58,523 nt of DNA from Thermoplasmata archaeon (GTDB lineage: Archaea > Thermoplasmatota > Thermoplasmata > Lutacidiplasmatales > SKW197). This document shows, piece by piece, positions 27,801 to 35,560 of this stretch. Positions within the stretch are counted from its first letter, which is position 1. Each line of letters opens with the position of its first letter. The notes below the pieces were generated by a model. That model saw nothing but the letters and a program-made list of their open reading frames with translations, was not told where the DNA came from and ran no database searches. The position numbers and the translations under genes were made by a program. The stretch is from contig JBMFNP010000004.1 of NCBI GenBank assembly GCA_049970095.1, positions 1 to 58,523 of the forward strand. The letters run 5' to 3'.

Positions 27801-28109
27801 TGTATCTGTCAGGGTGATTACGATAGTTATCATGTCTTTTGAAAGGGGTTCTCCACCTTTATGTGTGAGGTTTATGTAATACCTATATGAGGGCACATTC
27901 CCAATACTCTCATCCCCTATTCCCAGTTCTCCAATTATTTCTACATTGCGTTTTCCTTCGGGTGGAGGTAATGTCTGTATCCATACAAAAATCGTGCTGA
28001 ACAGCGTCACTGTTATTCCCAGAATCAACAGCGTTGCTATCACTTCCGAAACACCTTTCCTTGCTCTCTTCCACATTCTTACATTTTTATTCTTCATTTT
28101 TCTCACCAC
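21708..28109 (-). CDS. Giant surface protein 1 (2133 aa): class III (type IV pilin-like) signal peptide, CARDB-like domains, two jelly-roll (MAM-like) domains, PGF-CTERM-like tail
   Basis: Uninterrupted 6.4-kb ORF. The N-terminus KRARKG/VSEVIATLLILGITVTLFSTIF is pilin-type. CARDB-type DPDNEIDETNEANNV is present. Domain ends read GYWYIDDVEVK and GLYIDDLKVFGE. The tail is SAPGFTGYALPSILFIASTIFAAPCR. The likely true start is ATG 28097, behind GGTGGTGA. Confidence 0.9.
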   Translation of the reverse strand: MVRKMKNKNVRMWKRARKGVSEVIATLLILGITVTLFSTIFVWIQTLPPPEGKRNVEIIGELGIGDESIGNVPSYRYYINLTHKGGEPLSKDMITIVITLTDTLPPAVFIRNVSDSLVNLGDFWEPGEVWRWKTPTTHSVISNVTVQVIDNVKNLIVWQGVLPGKDINAPPQILERGTEPEIVETGKSFKVWVIVKDSDLNYDSVYIDLWKLDNTTFKTPIKMNHTGGWKFMTDNLSLSPSVLPGKYTGIINATDNKSHKSIAQITINVITGEGLPLLVVDRIILSNHSPTRGDNVTITAVIKNMKARAAESSNITFRDYFDGREIWNYTITNFSVAGYGQSLAFAYWEAKPGGVHKIVVNITDVMPGKLNGVGANITVVVTPKILLVDDDGALTGSSNDVVSYMAAALLSANLRYDIAVVSGGADGPGYNTGDKKLRDYDVVIWMGGSTNNTLTTGDQTSLNTFLDNGGRLWLIGQNIFEGVPSWFTNKVGGGISSTVPLPSSLVGTNPGMGWIDTSGFNPSLQSRSPFTIARQLNPVSGSKPLFNDSTNTRILAYQYKAIGSSNNEYRSVVFGFEFATMNDTGDQAVTVYKVINWLGGIDMRSGKDVAVAGQTISPLKPRYNQPVNITAVIRNNGDVNLTNVRTRLYINDQPKTLLDNVTDLPGNGSWKLIKFQWVPDKVGSYIVKVVVDPDNEIDETNEANNVYVSDVGVYTLEVIYTVLVVDDDSSSENGGGGTLPNVAQYVINALTSLGYVNGTDMDIQKVPRGVDRDNTAYNASNYSCIIWITGNCTSGSGYNTLTNNDINVIESYLNTGLDQVSFLLIGKNVLADTTVQARPDFYQNVLGASSTGTTVQRSGVYGVLENAVTNGIYMNFDNTSLSPYNVRAYTRIADAIPLFWADGTSYWARTSDNVVGTGIANPASWHAAYLSFDLAYTTNISAVADFLYGIIHWFGKLDNKPELRVTPPDIFAATNTRQYIILPELNPQLGESYVLKANLTNWGGRDADVIVRFLDGDTVIGSQNVHVPASYKDAYGQAQNGKITAEVIWTPLFAGIEPIRAHIDPEGLLIGIEPLRPNNMAEQRIEVYYFYDDLEDTQRILRNWKHEATVVRINGESPIEYLDPGGDVNTYVSRYWDGWDKATTKLHGFSITNKTYHTYPNAFGMIEPAGEVPFIYEFYLPIDPWDPTGFHQGFYFVGVNKTSNYTLWRFDRTTPKWDRIDVNTTNPGQIRLYENQNAETVYKVISNGPMLIVVTSSEGSNVNCANWENGMGIGKNFVVMGDIRNRLGWETHVVAINPAAVSTTVTVRWINYQNGNVIETDTLTLNGKGAWGEARLNAGHYTVYANVTATNDIILYRLSNDNDEIDNAMGVSGNSLDTEHYCVTYKSVGSWPWRFYIANPNNAAATVTVQEIAGGSWSGSATVPAKSFYVISRNNPPGDSNLHVFHITSTQPVRVIFGQDQFSGTSFSTDYTGYYSPDTFGVDSVVQYVPSDETPGHYTIGSPCVYGVPSKDVLLQNEYQHFTFGKGDTVTINPSLPILGSTANANVNSNSIDYVSTFNFTLTYTTSGTISNIQYRMDSGSWQPVSGPISLPWGAHRISFQANVGNGGYFGIDSISFAEGGSIVWQLNNVADNPSTTIDERHTHFGDNNYAWQYSATSRFLYIFGGGGNCWIHTILPFEGATLVGGGGGAGIVPMAHNSPQPLVIDLYQPKDTDGCNYTQTPAITLDASMESATLSFYHKFSLVPFFNGGIIMVGTSDSGWRYEYVNPTKPYPTNTLLFMFRDGYGNWINWVYSGNSGGGSGDWEYGEVNLTKYIPSSGSRQIKVAFQYLFGGAGANGYWYIDDVEVKITRKNSVSNTANIADQWVYVQDSNRAHRGVGVWWNGNTNTGYFSGGIDNSLITRPIDLTNARNATLAAYFRFNINWGTQGTGRPPDGFRVEVSADNGVSWQPICLGVRSGWNVSGTEGTQQGMPSGTSYTGITEPGDKQYWVPAKSLYRLNVDLSGWRGSVILLRFRVVTNSTLQNHYASNVGFGGLYIDDLKVFGETIIHGAQQTQKIEALQTHAPEQPISSTPSTQAIQQNTENAAAIVHSQKGLSAPGFTGYALPSILFIASTIFAAPCRSTSQQGRPKSFS
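21949..25339. repeat. Direct repeat copy A (3391 nt), over 99% identical to 28343..31736
   Basis: Constant offset of 6397 nt (6394 before a 3-nt indel). Duplicated shadow ORFs in the six-frame track confirm it, as does a base-by-base comparison of both ends. Confidence 0.95.
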
Positions 28110-31100
28110 CTTTTATTTTTACAATTTTTGCATTTCTGGTCTGCAATAAAGAAAGAATTCCAAGCAAAAAATAATAAAAAGAATCACCAAAAGAAGGATT
28201 AGTAATTCTAGTGCTCGCAACAACTGGTGATGGCACTCCTCCTTCTCCAGAGCACTTTTCCATTTGCTCTTCTGTTGTGTGGCCATTGCATTCTTCTCTT
28301 ATAATCTCCGATAATTTCTGTGTTTGCGTCTGTGTTTGTACAGTTTGCTGTGCGCCATGAATTATTGTCTCCCCGAACACCTTGAGGTCATCAATGTAAA
28401 GGCCACCAAAGCCCACAGTGTTGCTTGCATAGTGGTTTTGCAGTGTTGAATTTGTGACTACACGGAATCGTAGCAGAATTACAGAACCTCTCCAGCCTGA
28501 TAAATCCACATTCAACCTATAGAGTGATTTTGCAGGTACCCAGTATTGCTTGTCTCCAGGTTCGGTTATGCCTGTATAACTTGTGCCTGATGGCATTCCT
28601 GGTTGCGTTCCCTCTGTACCCGATACATTCCAACCGCTACGCACTCCCAGACAAATTGGCTGCCAGCTAACTCCGTTATCTGCACTCACCTCTACCCTGA
28701 ACCCATCTGGAGGTCTCCCAGAACCACCAACACCCCAGTTTATATTGAATCTGAAGTAGGCAGCAAGTGTAGCATTTCTCGCATTTGTGAGGTCTATAGG
28801 TCTTGTAATCAAGCTGTTATCAATTCCTCCGCTAAAGTATCCAGTATTGGTATTACCATTCCACCAGACACCCACACCTCTGTGCGCCCTATTACTGTCC
28901 TGCACATACACCCACTGGTCTGCTATGTTTGCAGTATTACTAACACTGTTCTTTCTTGTAATCTTTACCTCCACATCATCTATGTACCAATAACCATTCG
29001 CACCTGCACCACCAAAAAGATACTGGAAAGCAACCTTTATCTGTCTGCTACCACTTGAAGGAATGTACTTTGTGAGGTTGACTTCGCCATATTCCCAGTC
29101 CCCAGAGCCTCCTCCACTGTTTCCAGAATACACCCAGTTTATCCAGTTCCCATAACCATCCCTGAACATAAACAGGAGGGTGTTTGTAGGATAGGGTTTT
29201 GTGGGGTTTACATACTCATATCTCCACCCACTATCACTAGTGCCCACCATTATTATGCCACCATTGAAAAAGGGAACTAAACTGAACTTATGATAGAATG
29301 AAAGCGTTGCAGATTCCATGCTTGCGTCAAGGGTGATTGCAGGTGTCTGTGTGTAATTACACCCATCAGTATCCTTTGGCTGATAGAGATCTATTACAAG
29401 GGGTTGTGGAGAGTTGTGTGCCATTGGTACAATTCCTGCACCTCCGCCTCCGCCAACGAGAGTTGCACCTTCAAATGGGAGAATTGTGTGTATCCAGCAG
29501 TTACCTCCACCTCCAAATATATAAAGAAACCTGCTAGTGGCAGAATACTGCCATGCATAGTTATTGTCACCGAAGTGTGTATGTCTTTCATCTATTGTTG
29601 TGGATGGATTGTCTGCCACATTGTTGAGCTGCCACACAATTGAACCGCCTTCTGCGAAAGAGATGCTATCAATTCCAAAATATCCACCATTTCCTACATT
29701 TGCCTGGAATGAAATTCTGTGTGCACCCCATGGTAGAGAAATTGGCCCACTTACTGGTTGCCAGCTACCACTATCCATCCTATACTGAATATTACTGATT
29801 GTGCCTGATGTTGTGTAAGTGAGTGTGAAATTGAATGTGCTAACATAGTCAATGCTATTTGAGTTGACATTTGCGTTGGCAGTGCTACCCAATATCGGTA
29901 AACTTGGATTTATTGTTACTGTATCTCCTTTTCCAAAGGTGAAGTGCTGATACTCGTTCTGAAGAAGCACATCTTTGGAAGGTACACCGTACACACATGG
30001 AGAGCCAATTGTATAATGCCCTGGTGTTTCATCACTTGGCACATACTGAACTACAGAATCCACACCAAAGGTATCCGGTGAGTAATAACCAGTATAATCT
30101 GTGCTGAAAGAAGTACCGCTAAACTGGTCCTGTCCAAAAATCACACGAACTGGTTGTGTTGATGTAATGTGGAACACATGGAGGTTACTATCGCCTGGTG
30201 GGTTGTTTCTGCTAATCACATAGAAACTTTTTGCAGGCACCGTAGCACTTCCGCTCCATGAACCCCCTGCAATTTCCTGAACTGTAACAGTTGCTGCTGC
30301 ATTGTTAGGATTTGCTATATAAAATCTCCAGGGCCAGGAGCCCACAGACTTGTAGGTAACACAGTAGTGCTCTGTATCAAGTGAATTTCCACTGACACCC
30401 ATTGCATTATCAATCTCATCATTGTCATTTGAAAGCCGATATAGAATAATATCATTTGTTGCTGTTACATTTGCATAGACAGTGTAATGCCCTGCATTCA
30501 GTCTTGCCTCACCCCATGCACCCTTACCATTAAGTGTTAGCGTATCTGTTTCAATTACATTTCCATTTTGGTAATTTATCCATCTCACAGTTACGGTTGT
30601 GCTCACTGCAGCAGGATTTATTGCAACCACATGTGTCTCCCAACCAAGCCTATTCCTTATATCTCCCATCACCACGAAATTTTTTCCTATACCCATACCA
30701 TTCTCCCAGTTCGCACAGTTCACATTTGAACCCTCACTTGAAGTTACAACAATCAGCATCGGACCATTGGAAATCACCTTGTAAACTGTCTCTGCGTTCT
30801 GATTCTCATATAATCTTATCTGCCCTGGATTTGTCGTGTTCACATCTATCCTGTCCCATTTAGGTGTAGTTCTGTCAAATCTCCAGAGCGTGTAATTTGA
30901 GGTTTTGTTCACACCCACAAAATAGAAACCCTGATGAAAGCCTGTGGGATCCCATGGGTCAATTGGAAGATAAAATTCATAAATGAAAGGAACCTCACCT
31001 GCAGGTTCTATCATTCCAAATGCGTTTGGATATGTGTGATAAGTTTTATTTGTGATTGAAAATCCGTGGAGTTTTGTAGTAGCTTTGTCCCAGCCATCCC

Positions 31101-34100
31101 AGTATCTACTTACATATGTATTTACATCGCCTCCGGGGTCAAGATACTCAATTGGAGATTCGCCATTAATTCGCACAACCGTTGCCTCGTGCTTCCAGTT
31201 CCTTAATATTCTCTGAGTGTCCTCAAGGTCATCATAGAAGTAATACACCTCAATTCTCTGCTCTGCCATATTGTTCGGACGCAGGGGTTCAATTCCAATC
31301 AGCAACCCCTCTGGGTCTATATGTGCCCTTATCGGCTCAATACCTGCAAACAGGGGTGTCCAGATAACCTCTGCAGTAATCTTGCCATTCTGTGCCTGTC
31401 CATATGCATCCTTATAGCTTGCAGGCACATGCACATTCTGCGAGCCAATTACAGTGTCTCCATCAAGGAAGCGCACAATCACATCTGCATCCCTGCCACC
31501 CCAATTCGTGATATTTGCTTTTAGCACATAGGATTCTCCAAGCTGGGGGTTCAATTCTGGCAGAATTATGTACTGTCTCGTGTTTGTGGCTGCAAAAATG
31601 TCTGGTGGTGTTACTCTCAGTTCTGGCTTGTTGTCCAATTTCCCAAACCAGTGAATTATGCCGTAAAGGAAATCTGCAACTGCGCTGATATTTGTTGTGT
31701 ATGCAAGATCAAATGAAAGATAGGCAGCGTGCCAGCCTGCACTATCTCTCAGCGCTGTGCCTACTACATTGTCACTTGTTCTTGACCAAAAACTTGTGGC
31801 ATTTGCCCAGAATAAGGGCATTGCAGATGTGGTGTTTCTGTAACTCCTTACCCAGTAATTTCCTGCAAAGCTTGTGTTTGAAAGTGAAAATGAAATTCCA
31901 TTGGTGATTGCGTTTTCGCGTACCCCATATATTGGGGTAGTCATCTGGAAGGATGTTGCCCCAGAAATATCCGCACCCAGATAATCTCTTTTGAATGTAA
32001 TATCTACAGCACTATCTGAAAGCACACTTCTCCCAACCAGGAGGAAGGATGTCTGGGAGGGAGCACTTGCAAGATAAGCCCTGATATCGTGCACATCATC
32101 GGCTGTGAGTGTATTTGTAGATGTACCTCCAGTACTCCCTGCAGCCCCTGTAAGCCAGATCACGGTATTATAATTCACGAGCGGATAATTTGTCTGGTTT
32201 CTACTCTGACCAGCAGGCACCCAATCAATATCCATGTTCATACCCTTGACATAACCGAGCTGCGTCAGGGCGTTTACTACATGAGTGCCCACATCTGGCA
32301 GACTTGTAGTGTTAGATGAATCATCATCTACTACAAGGATCGTGTAAATTACCTCTATTGCAAACACCCCGATCTCGCTCACAAAAACATTATTCTGTTC
32401 ATTTGTCTCTTCAATTTCATCCTTAGGGTCTATCATTGCCTTTATTACATATTCCCCAACCGCTGGTGGTGTCCATATAAATGGAGGGAGCGTCTTTGAA
32501 TCCCCGTTCGGCTGTAAGGTAACAATCTGCAGGAGGGCGGGCTCAAGTTTTCCATTTATTATGAGCCCTACCTCGGTGGTCTGCGCACTGTTTCCATTGT
32601 TTCTCACGGTTACATTTATGTAAATTGGCTGGTTGTACCTTGGCTTCAGTGGTGCGATAGTCTGCCCTGAGACCGCAAGGTCCTCTCCACTTCTGTTATT
32701 TATCCCTCCAAGCCAGTTAACAATGAGGTATGCAGCCACCGCCTGATCTCCTGTCTCTTTCATTCTTCCAATATCAAACGCTGTCACCACCACCCTGTAT
32801 TCATACACCCCAGCAACGCTCTTGTACTGTGTCGCAAGAACATTTATCATGTTATCATCTGTAAGGAGAGTTTTTGCTGTGCTTACAGTGAGCTTTCTGG
32901 CTATTGTAAATGGAGGATACGAAACAATCACTGGATTCAGATTCGTGGCATTTATCCACCCTGTGCCAGGGTATGCACCCTTCATGCTAGCAGGCAACGG
33001 AACTGTAGATACACTGCTAATACCAAACATTGCATACAGTGGATTTGCACCTTCTAAGATATTCTGTCCTATGAGCCATACCCTACCCCCATTATTCATA
33101 AACCTTGTAAGGTTGTTCTGGTCGTTGGTAGTGAGTGTGTTGTTGTCTTTACCACCAACCCAGATTACCACATCGTAATCCTTCAATTGCTTCTCACCAC
33201 TATCATATTTGGGCCCATCTGCACCTGAGGGCACTATAACAGTATCAAATTTAATGTTTGTGGCTAAGAGTGCTGAGGACACATTGCTTGCACAATCACC
33301 AGATGCACCTGCAATTACACCATCATCATCCACAAGAAGAATTTTTGGGGTCACAATTACCGTGATGTTTCCACTTCTGCCTATTAAATTACCAGGCATT
33401 ACCTCTGTGATTCTCACTTCAATCGTGTGCAAACCACCAGGAGATGCAACCCAGTCAATGAAAGCGAGGCTCTGTCCATAAGCGGGTACCGAGAAATTGG
33501 TGACACTGCCCAGGTATGTCCATATACCGCTATCATTATAATAATCCCAGAATGAAATGTTTGATGATTCTGCAGCCCTTTTTCCGCCATTTTTAATCAC
33601 TGCAGTTATTGTCACCTTTTCACCACGTGGTGGTGCACCATCTGAAAGTTCAATTTTCTCCACATATAGCTTCGGAAATCCCTCTCCAGAAACAATGCTA
33701 AGGTACATAAGGGCAGAGCTGTTGTGCCCCTTCATATCCACAGCCCATACCTTTACAATAAATCTGCCAGGTTCCATATTGTCACTCAGGATAAGATTTT
33801 CAGTTTCAAATTTCCAGCCTATAGTGTGCTTCATTTTTATTGGCACAGGAAATCTAACAGAGTCAACAGAGGAGAGATTAACATAAACTGAATCATAATC
33901 CAGGTCTATGTCCTTTACCACAACCCATATTCTGAACTCCTTTTCAATTATAATCGGGTCAGGTGTTGAACCCCTCTCAGTAATTTCTGGGGGTTCATCT
34001 GGAATCTCACCTGTAAGTCTGCACTGCCATACAATTAAATTTTTCACAGTGTTAACAATTGTAATTGTCACATCAGAGACGAATGTTTTGCTCACACTCC

Positions 34101-34476
34101 ATGACCACACATCGCCAGGTTCAAGTGTGTTCTTTGCAATCCCGTCTGTGATATTAAGGGTATATACGGAATTATCAGAGATAACAGTGATGTAGATTTT
34201 TGTTGAGTGATTGAAAAGTGGTTCCCCGTTCAGATGCGTCATGTTGATGTAGTAGGTGAAAGGCCCCGCTCCTTTTATCTCCAAGCTGGCTTTCAGCTCT
34301 GTTTTAGGTGCACTCTGGGGTGGAGGCATTGCCTGCACCCACATGAAAATCGTGGAAAAGAGTGTCACGGTGATTGCAAGAATCAGAATCTGGGCTATAA
34401 CCTCAGAAATTCCACTCCTATTGCTCCTGAAAGGTATCCTCTTTCCCCGCTCACTGGAATTACCTTTTTCTTTCAT
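28087..34476 (-). CDS. Giant surface protein 2 (2129 aa), paralog of protein 1: class III signal peptide, same domain order, different C-terminal hydrophobic tail
   Basis: Uninterrupted 6.4-kb ORF. The N-terminus FRSNRSG/ISEVIAQILILAITVTLFSTIF is pilin-type. The tail is NPSFGDSFYYFLLGILSLLQTRNAK. GGTGA lies 4 nt upstream of ATG 34476. Confidence 0.9.
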   Translation of the reverse strand: MKEKGNSSERGKRIPFRSNRSGISEVIAQILILAITVTLFSTIFMWVQAMPPPQSAPKTELKASLEIKGAGPFTYYINMTHLNGEPLFNHSTKIYITVISDNSVYTLNITDGIAKNTLEPGDVWSWSVSKTFVSDVTITIVNTVKNLIVWQCRLTGEIPDEPPEITERGSTPDPIIIEKEFRIWVVVKDIDLDYDSVYVNLSSVDSVRFPVPIKMKHTIGWKFETENLILSDNMEPGRFIVKVWAVDMKGHNSSALMYLSIVSGEGFPKLYVEKIELSDGAPPRGEKVTITAVIKNGGKRAAESSNISFWDYYNDSGIWTYLGSVTNFSVPAYGQSLAFIDWVASPGGLHTIEVRITEVMPGNLIGRSGNITVIVTPKILLVDDDGVIAGASGDCASNVSSALLATNIKFDTVIVPSGADGPKYDSGEKQLKDYDVVIWVGGKDNNTLTTNDQNNLTRFMNNGGRVWLIGQNILEGANPLYAMFGISSVSTVPLPASMKGAYPGTGWINATNLNPVIVSYPPFTIARKLTVSTAKTLLTDDNMINVLATQYKSVAGVYEYRVVVTAFDIGRMKETGDQAVAAYLIVNWLGGINNRSGEDLAVSGQTIAPLKPRYNQPIYINVTVRNNGNSAQTTEVGLIINGKLEPALLQIVTLQPNGDSKTLPPFIWTPPAVGEYVIKAMIDPKDEIEETNEQNNVFVSEIGVFAIEVIYTILVVDDDSSNTTSLPDVGTHVVNALTQLGYVKGMNMDIDWVPAGQSRNQTNYPLVNYNTVIWLTGAAGSTGGTSTNTLTADDVHDIRAYLASAPSQTSFLLVGRSVLSDSAVDITFKRDYLGADISGATSFQMTTPIYGVRENAITNGISFSLSNTSFAGNYWVRSYRNTTSAMPLFWANATSFWSRTSDNVVGTALRDSAGWHAAYLSFDLAYTTNISAVADFLYGIIHWFGKLDNKPELRVTPPDIFAATNTRQYIILPELNPQLGESYVLKANITNWGGRDADVIVRFLDGDTVIGSQNVHVPASYKDAYGQAQNGKITAEVIWTPLFAGIEPIRAHIDPEGLLIGIEPLRPNNMAEQRIEVYYFYDDLEDTQRILRNWKHEATVVRINGESPIEYLDPGGDVNTYVSRYWDGWDKATTKLHGFSITNKTYHTYPNAFGMIEPAGEVPFIYEFYLPIDPWDPTGFHQGFYFVGVNKTSNYTLWRFDRTTPKWDRIDVNTTNPGQIRLYENQNAETVYKVISNGPMLIVVTSSEGSNVNCANWENGMGIGKNFVVMGDIRNRLGWETHVVAINPAAVSTTVTVRWINYQNGNVIETDTLTLNGKGAWGEARLNAGHYTVYANVTATNDIILYRLSNDNDEIDNAMGVSGNSLDTEHYCVTYKSVGSWPWRFYIANPNNAAATVTVQEIAGGSWSGSATVPAKSFYVISRNNPPGDSNLHVFHITSTQPVRVIFGQDQFSGTSFSTDYTGYYSPDTFGVDSVVQYVPSDETPGHYTIGSPCVYGVPSKDVLLQNEYQHFTFGKGDTVTINPSLPILGSTANANVNSNSIDYVSTFNFTLTYTTSGTISNIQYRMDSGSWQPVSGPISLPWGAHRISFQANVGNGGYFGIDSISFAEGGSIVWQLNNVADNPSTTIDERHTHFGDNNYAWQYSATSRFLYIFGGGGNCWIHTILPFEGATLVGGGGGAGIVPMAHNSPQPLVIDLYQPKDTDGCNYTQTPAITLDASMESATLSFYHKFSLVPFFNGGIIMVGTSDSGWRYEYVNPTKPYPTNTLLFMFRDGYGNWINWVYSGNSGGGSGDWEYGEVNLTKYIPSSGSRQIKVAFQYLFGGAGANGYWYIDDVEVKITRKNSVSNTANIADQWVYVQDSNRAHRGVGVWWNGNTNTGYFSGGIDNSLITRPIDLTNARNATLAAYFRFNINWGVGGSGRPPDGFRVEVSADNGVSWQPICLGVRSGWNVSGTEGTQPGMPSGTSYTGITEPGDKQYWVPAKSLYRLNVDLSGWRGSVILLRFRVVTNSTLQNHYASNTVGFGGLYIDDLKVFGETIIHGAQQTVQTQTQTQKLSEIIREECNGHTTEEQMEKCSGEGGVPSPVVASTRITNPSFGDSFYYFLLGILSLLQTRNAKIVKIKGGEKNEE
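28343..31736. repeat. Direct repeat copy B (3394 nt)
   Basis: See copy A. Confidence 0.95.
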
Positions 34477-34506
34477 GCGCTCACCATTGGGAGTATCTAC
34501 TTTTCC

Positions 34507-34516
34507 CTATATATAC
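34507..34516 (-). promoter_or_regulatory. TATA-like box upstream of giant gene 2
   Basis: gtatatatag on the minus strand, 31-40 nt upstream of ATG 34476. Confidence 0.35.
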
Positions 34517-34642
34517 TTTCATTGGAACATACCATCAAAACTACCATGTATACTAATATATATTGTCAACCATATATTATTGCAAATATGTCATACAATT
34601 TTAAGGGCATACTGCTTTATATCCCTACACTAATCTCTGTGC

Positions 34643-35560
34643 GTGCAAGATGTGGAACTCTCTGTAAAAATTGGAGGATTAAAACTCAAAAATCCTCTGA
34701 TAGCTGCCTCTGGAATTCTGGATAGTTCTGCAGAGAGTATGGTGCGGGTGGCTTCCGCAGGTGCTGCGGCCGTGGTAACGAAATCCATAGGAATTGAGAA
34801 GAGAGATGGATATGAAAACCCGGTTATTTTTGAATTTGAACATGGCGTAATTAATGCAATGGGATTACCAAATCCTGGTATTGAAAACTTTGGTGAAGAA
34901 ATGAGAAAACTGAGAGCATTTAAGGTGAGAGTAATTGGTAGTATTTTCGGAAAGAATGAAGAGGAATTTGCATATCTTGCTAAGAAGATGGAAGAATATG
35001 GTGCATGTGCTCTGGAGTTAAATTTAAGTTGTCCACATGCAAAGGGGTATGGAATGGAAGTGGGGCGAAACCCTGTCCTTGTCAAAAGTATTGTAAAGGC
35101 TGTCAAAAAGAATGTGAAAATTCCTGTGTTTGTAAAACTTACGCCCAATGTTTCAGACATAGTGGAAATCGGAAAGGCTGCTGAAAAAGGAGGCGCAGAT
35201 GCAGTGGTGGCAATTAACACGCTCCGAGGAACGAGAATAGATATTGAGTTTAAAAGAAGCGTGATTAGTGCTGGAATAGGAGGATATAGTGGTCCGGGTA
35301 TTCTGCCAGTAGGAATAAGATGTGTTTATGAACTAAAAAAGGAACTGAAAATTCAGATTATAGGGTGTGGGGGAATTGAAAAATGGGAAGATGTGATTGA
35401 GTATATACTGGCTGGTGCGTCTGCAGTGCAGATTGGCACAGCACTCAGAAAAAATATAGAGATTTTCGGGACAATATCATCAGGAATAAAGAGTTATATG
35501 CAGAAACATGGATTCACAAAATTGGAGGAGGTTGTGGGACTTGCATGTAGAAATTCTTGA
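34643..35560 (+). CDS. pyrD: Dihydroorotate dehydrogenase (class 1B) catalytic subunit
   Basis: LKLKNPLIAASG, NLSCPH and GGI...D motifs. GTG start, with tttatat at ~34615. Confidence 0.92.
   Translation: MQDVELSVKIGGLKLKNPLIAASGILDSSAESMVRVASAGAAAVVTKSIGIEKRDGYENPVIFEFEHGVINAMGLPNPGIENFGEEMRKLRAFKVRVIGSIFGKNEEEFAYLAKKMEEYGACALELNLSCPHAKGYGMEVGRNPVLVKSIVKAVKKNVKIPVFVKLTPNVSDIVEIGKAAEKGGADAVVAINTLRGTRIDIEFKRSVISAGIGGYSGPGILPVGIRCVYELKKELKIQIIGCGGIEKWEDVIEYILAGASAVQIGTALRKNIEIFGTISSGIKSYMQKHGFTKLEEVVGLACRNS

Noticed and set aside
21949-31736. The possibility that the 3.4-kb near-identical repeat is purely an assembly artefact.
   Set aside because: Both copies are in frame within complete ORFs. 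They are flanked by homologous but clearly diverged sequence on one side and unrelated tails on the other, and they differ at a patch, an indel and scattered sites. That is hard to produce by mis-assembly. Long-read confirmation is still advisable.
34207-34725. 172-aa plus-strand ORF spanning the giant-gene start, the intergenic region and the pyrD start.
   Set aside because: It overlaps the well-supported N-terminus of giant gene 2 antisense and runs out of frame into pyrD. It has no motifs, and the intergenic part is AT-rich promoter-like sequence.
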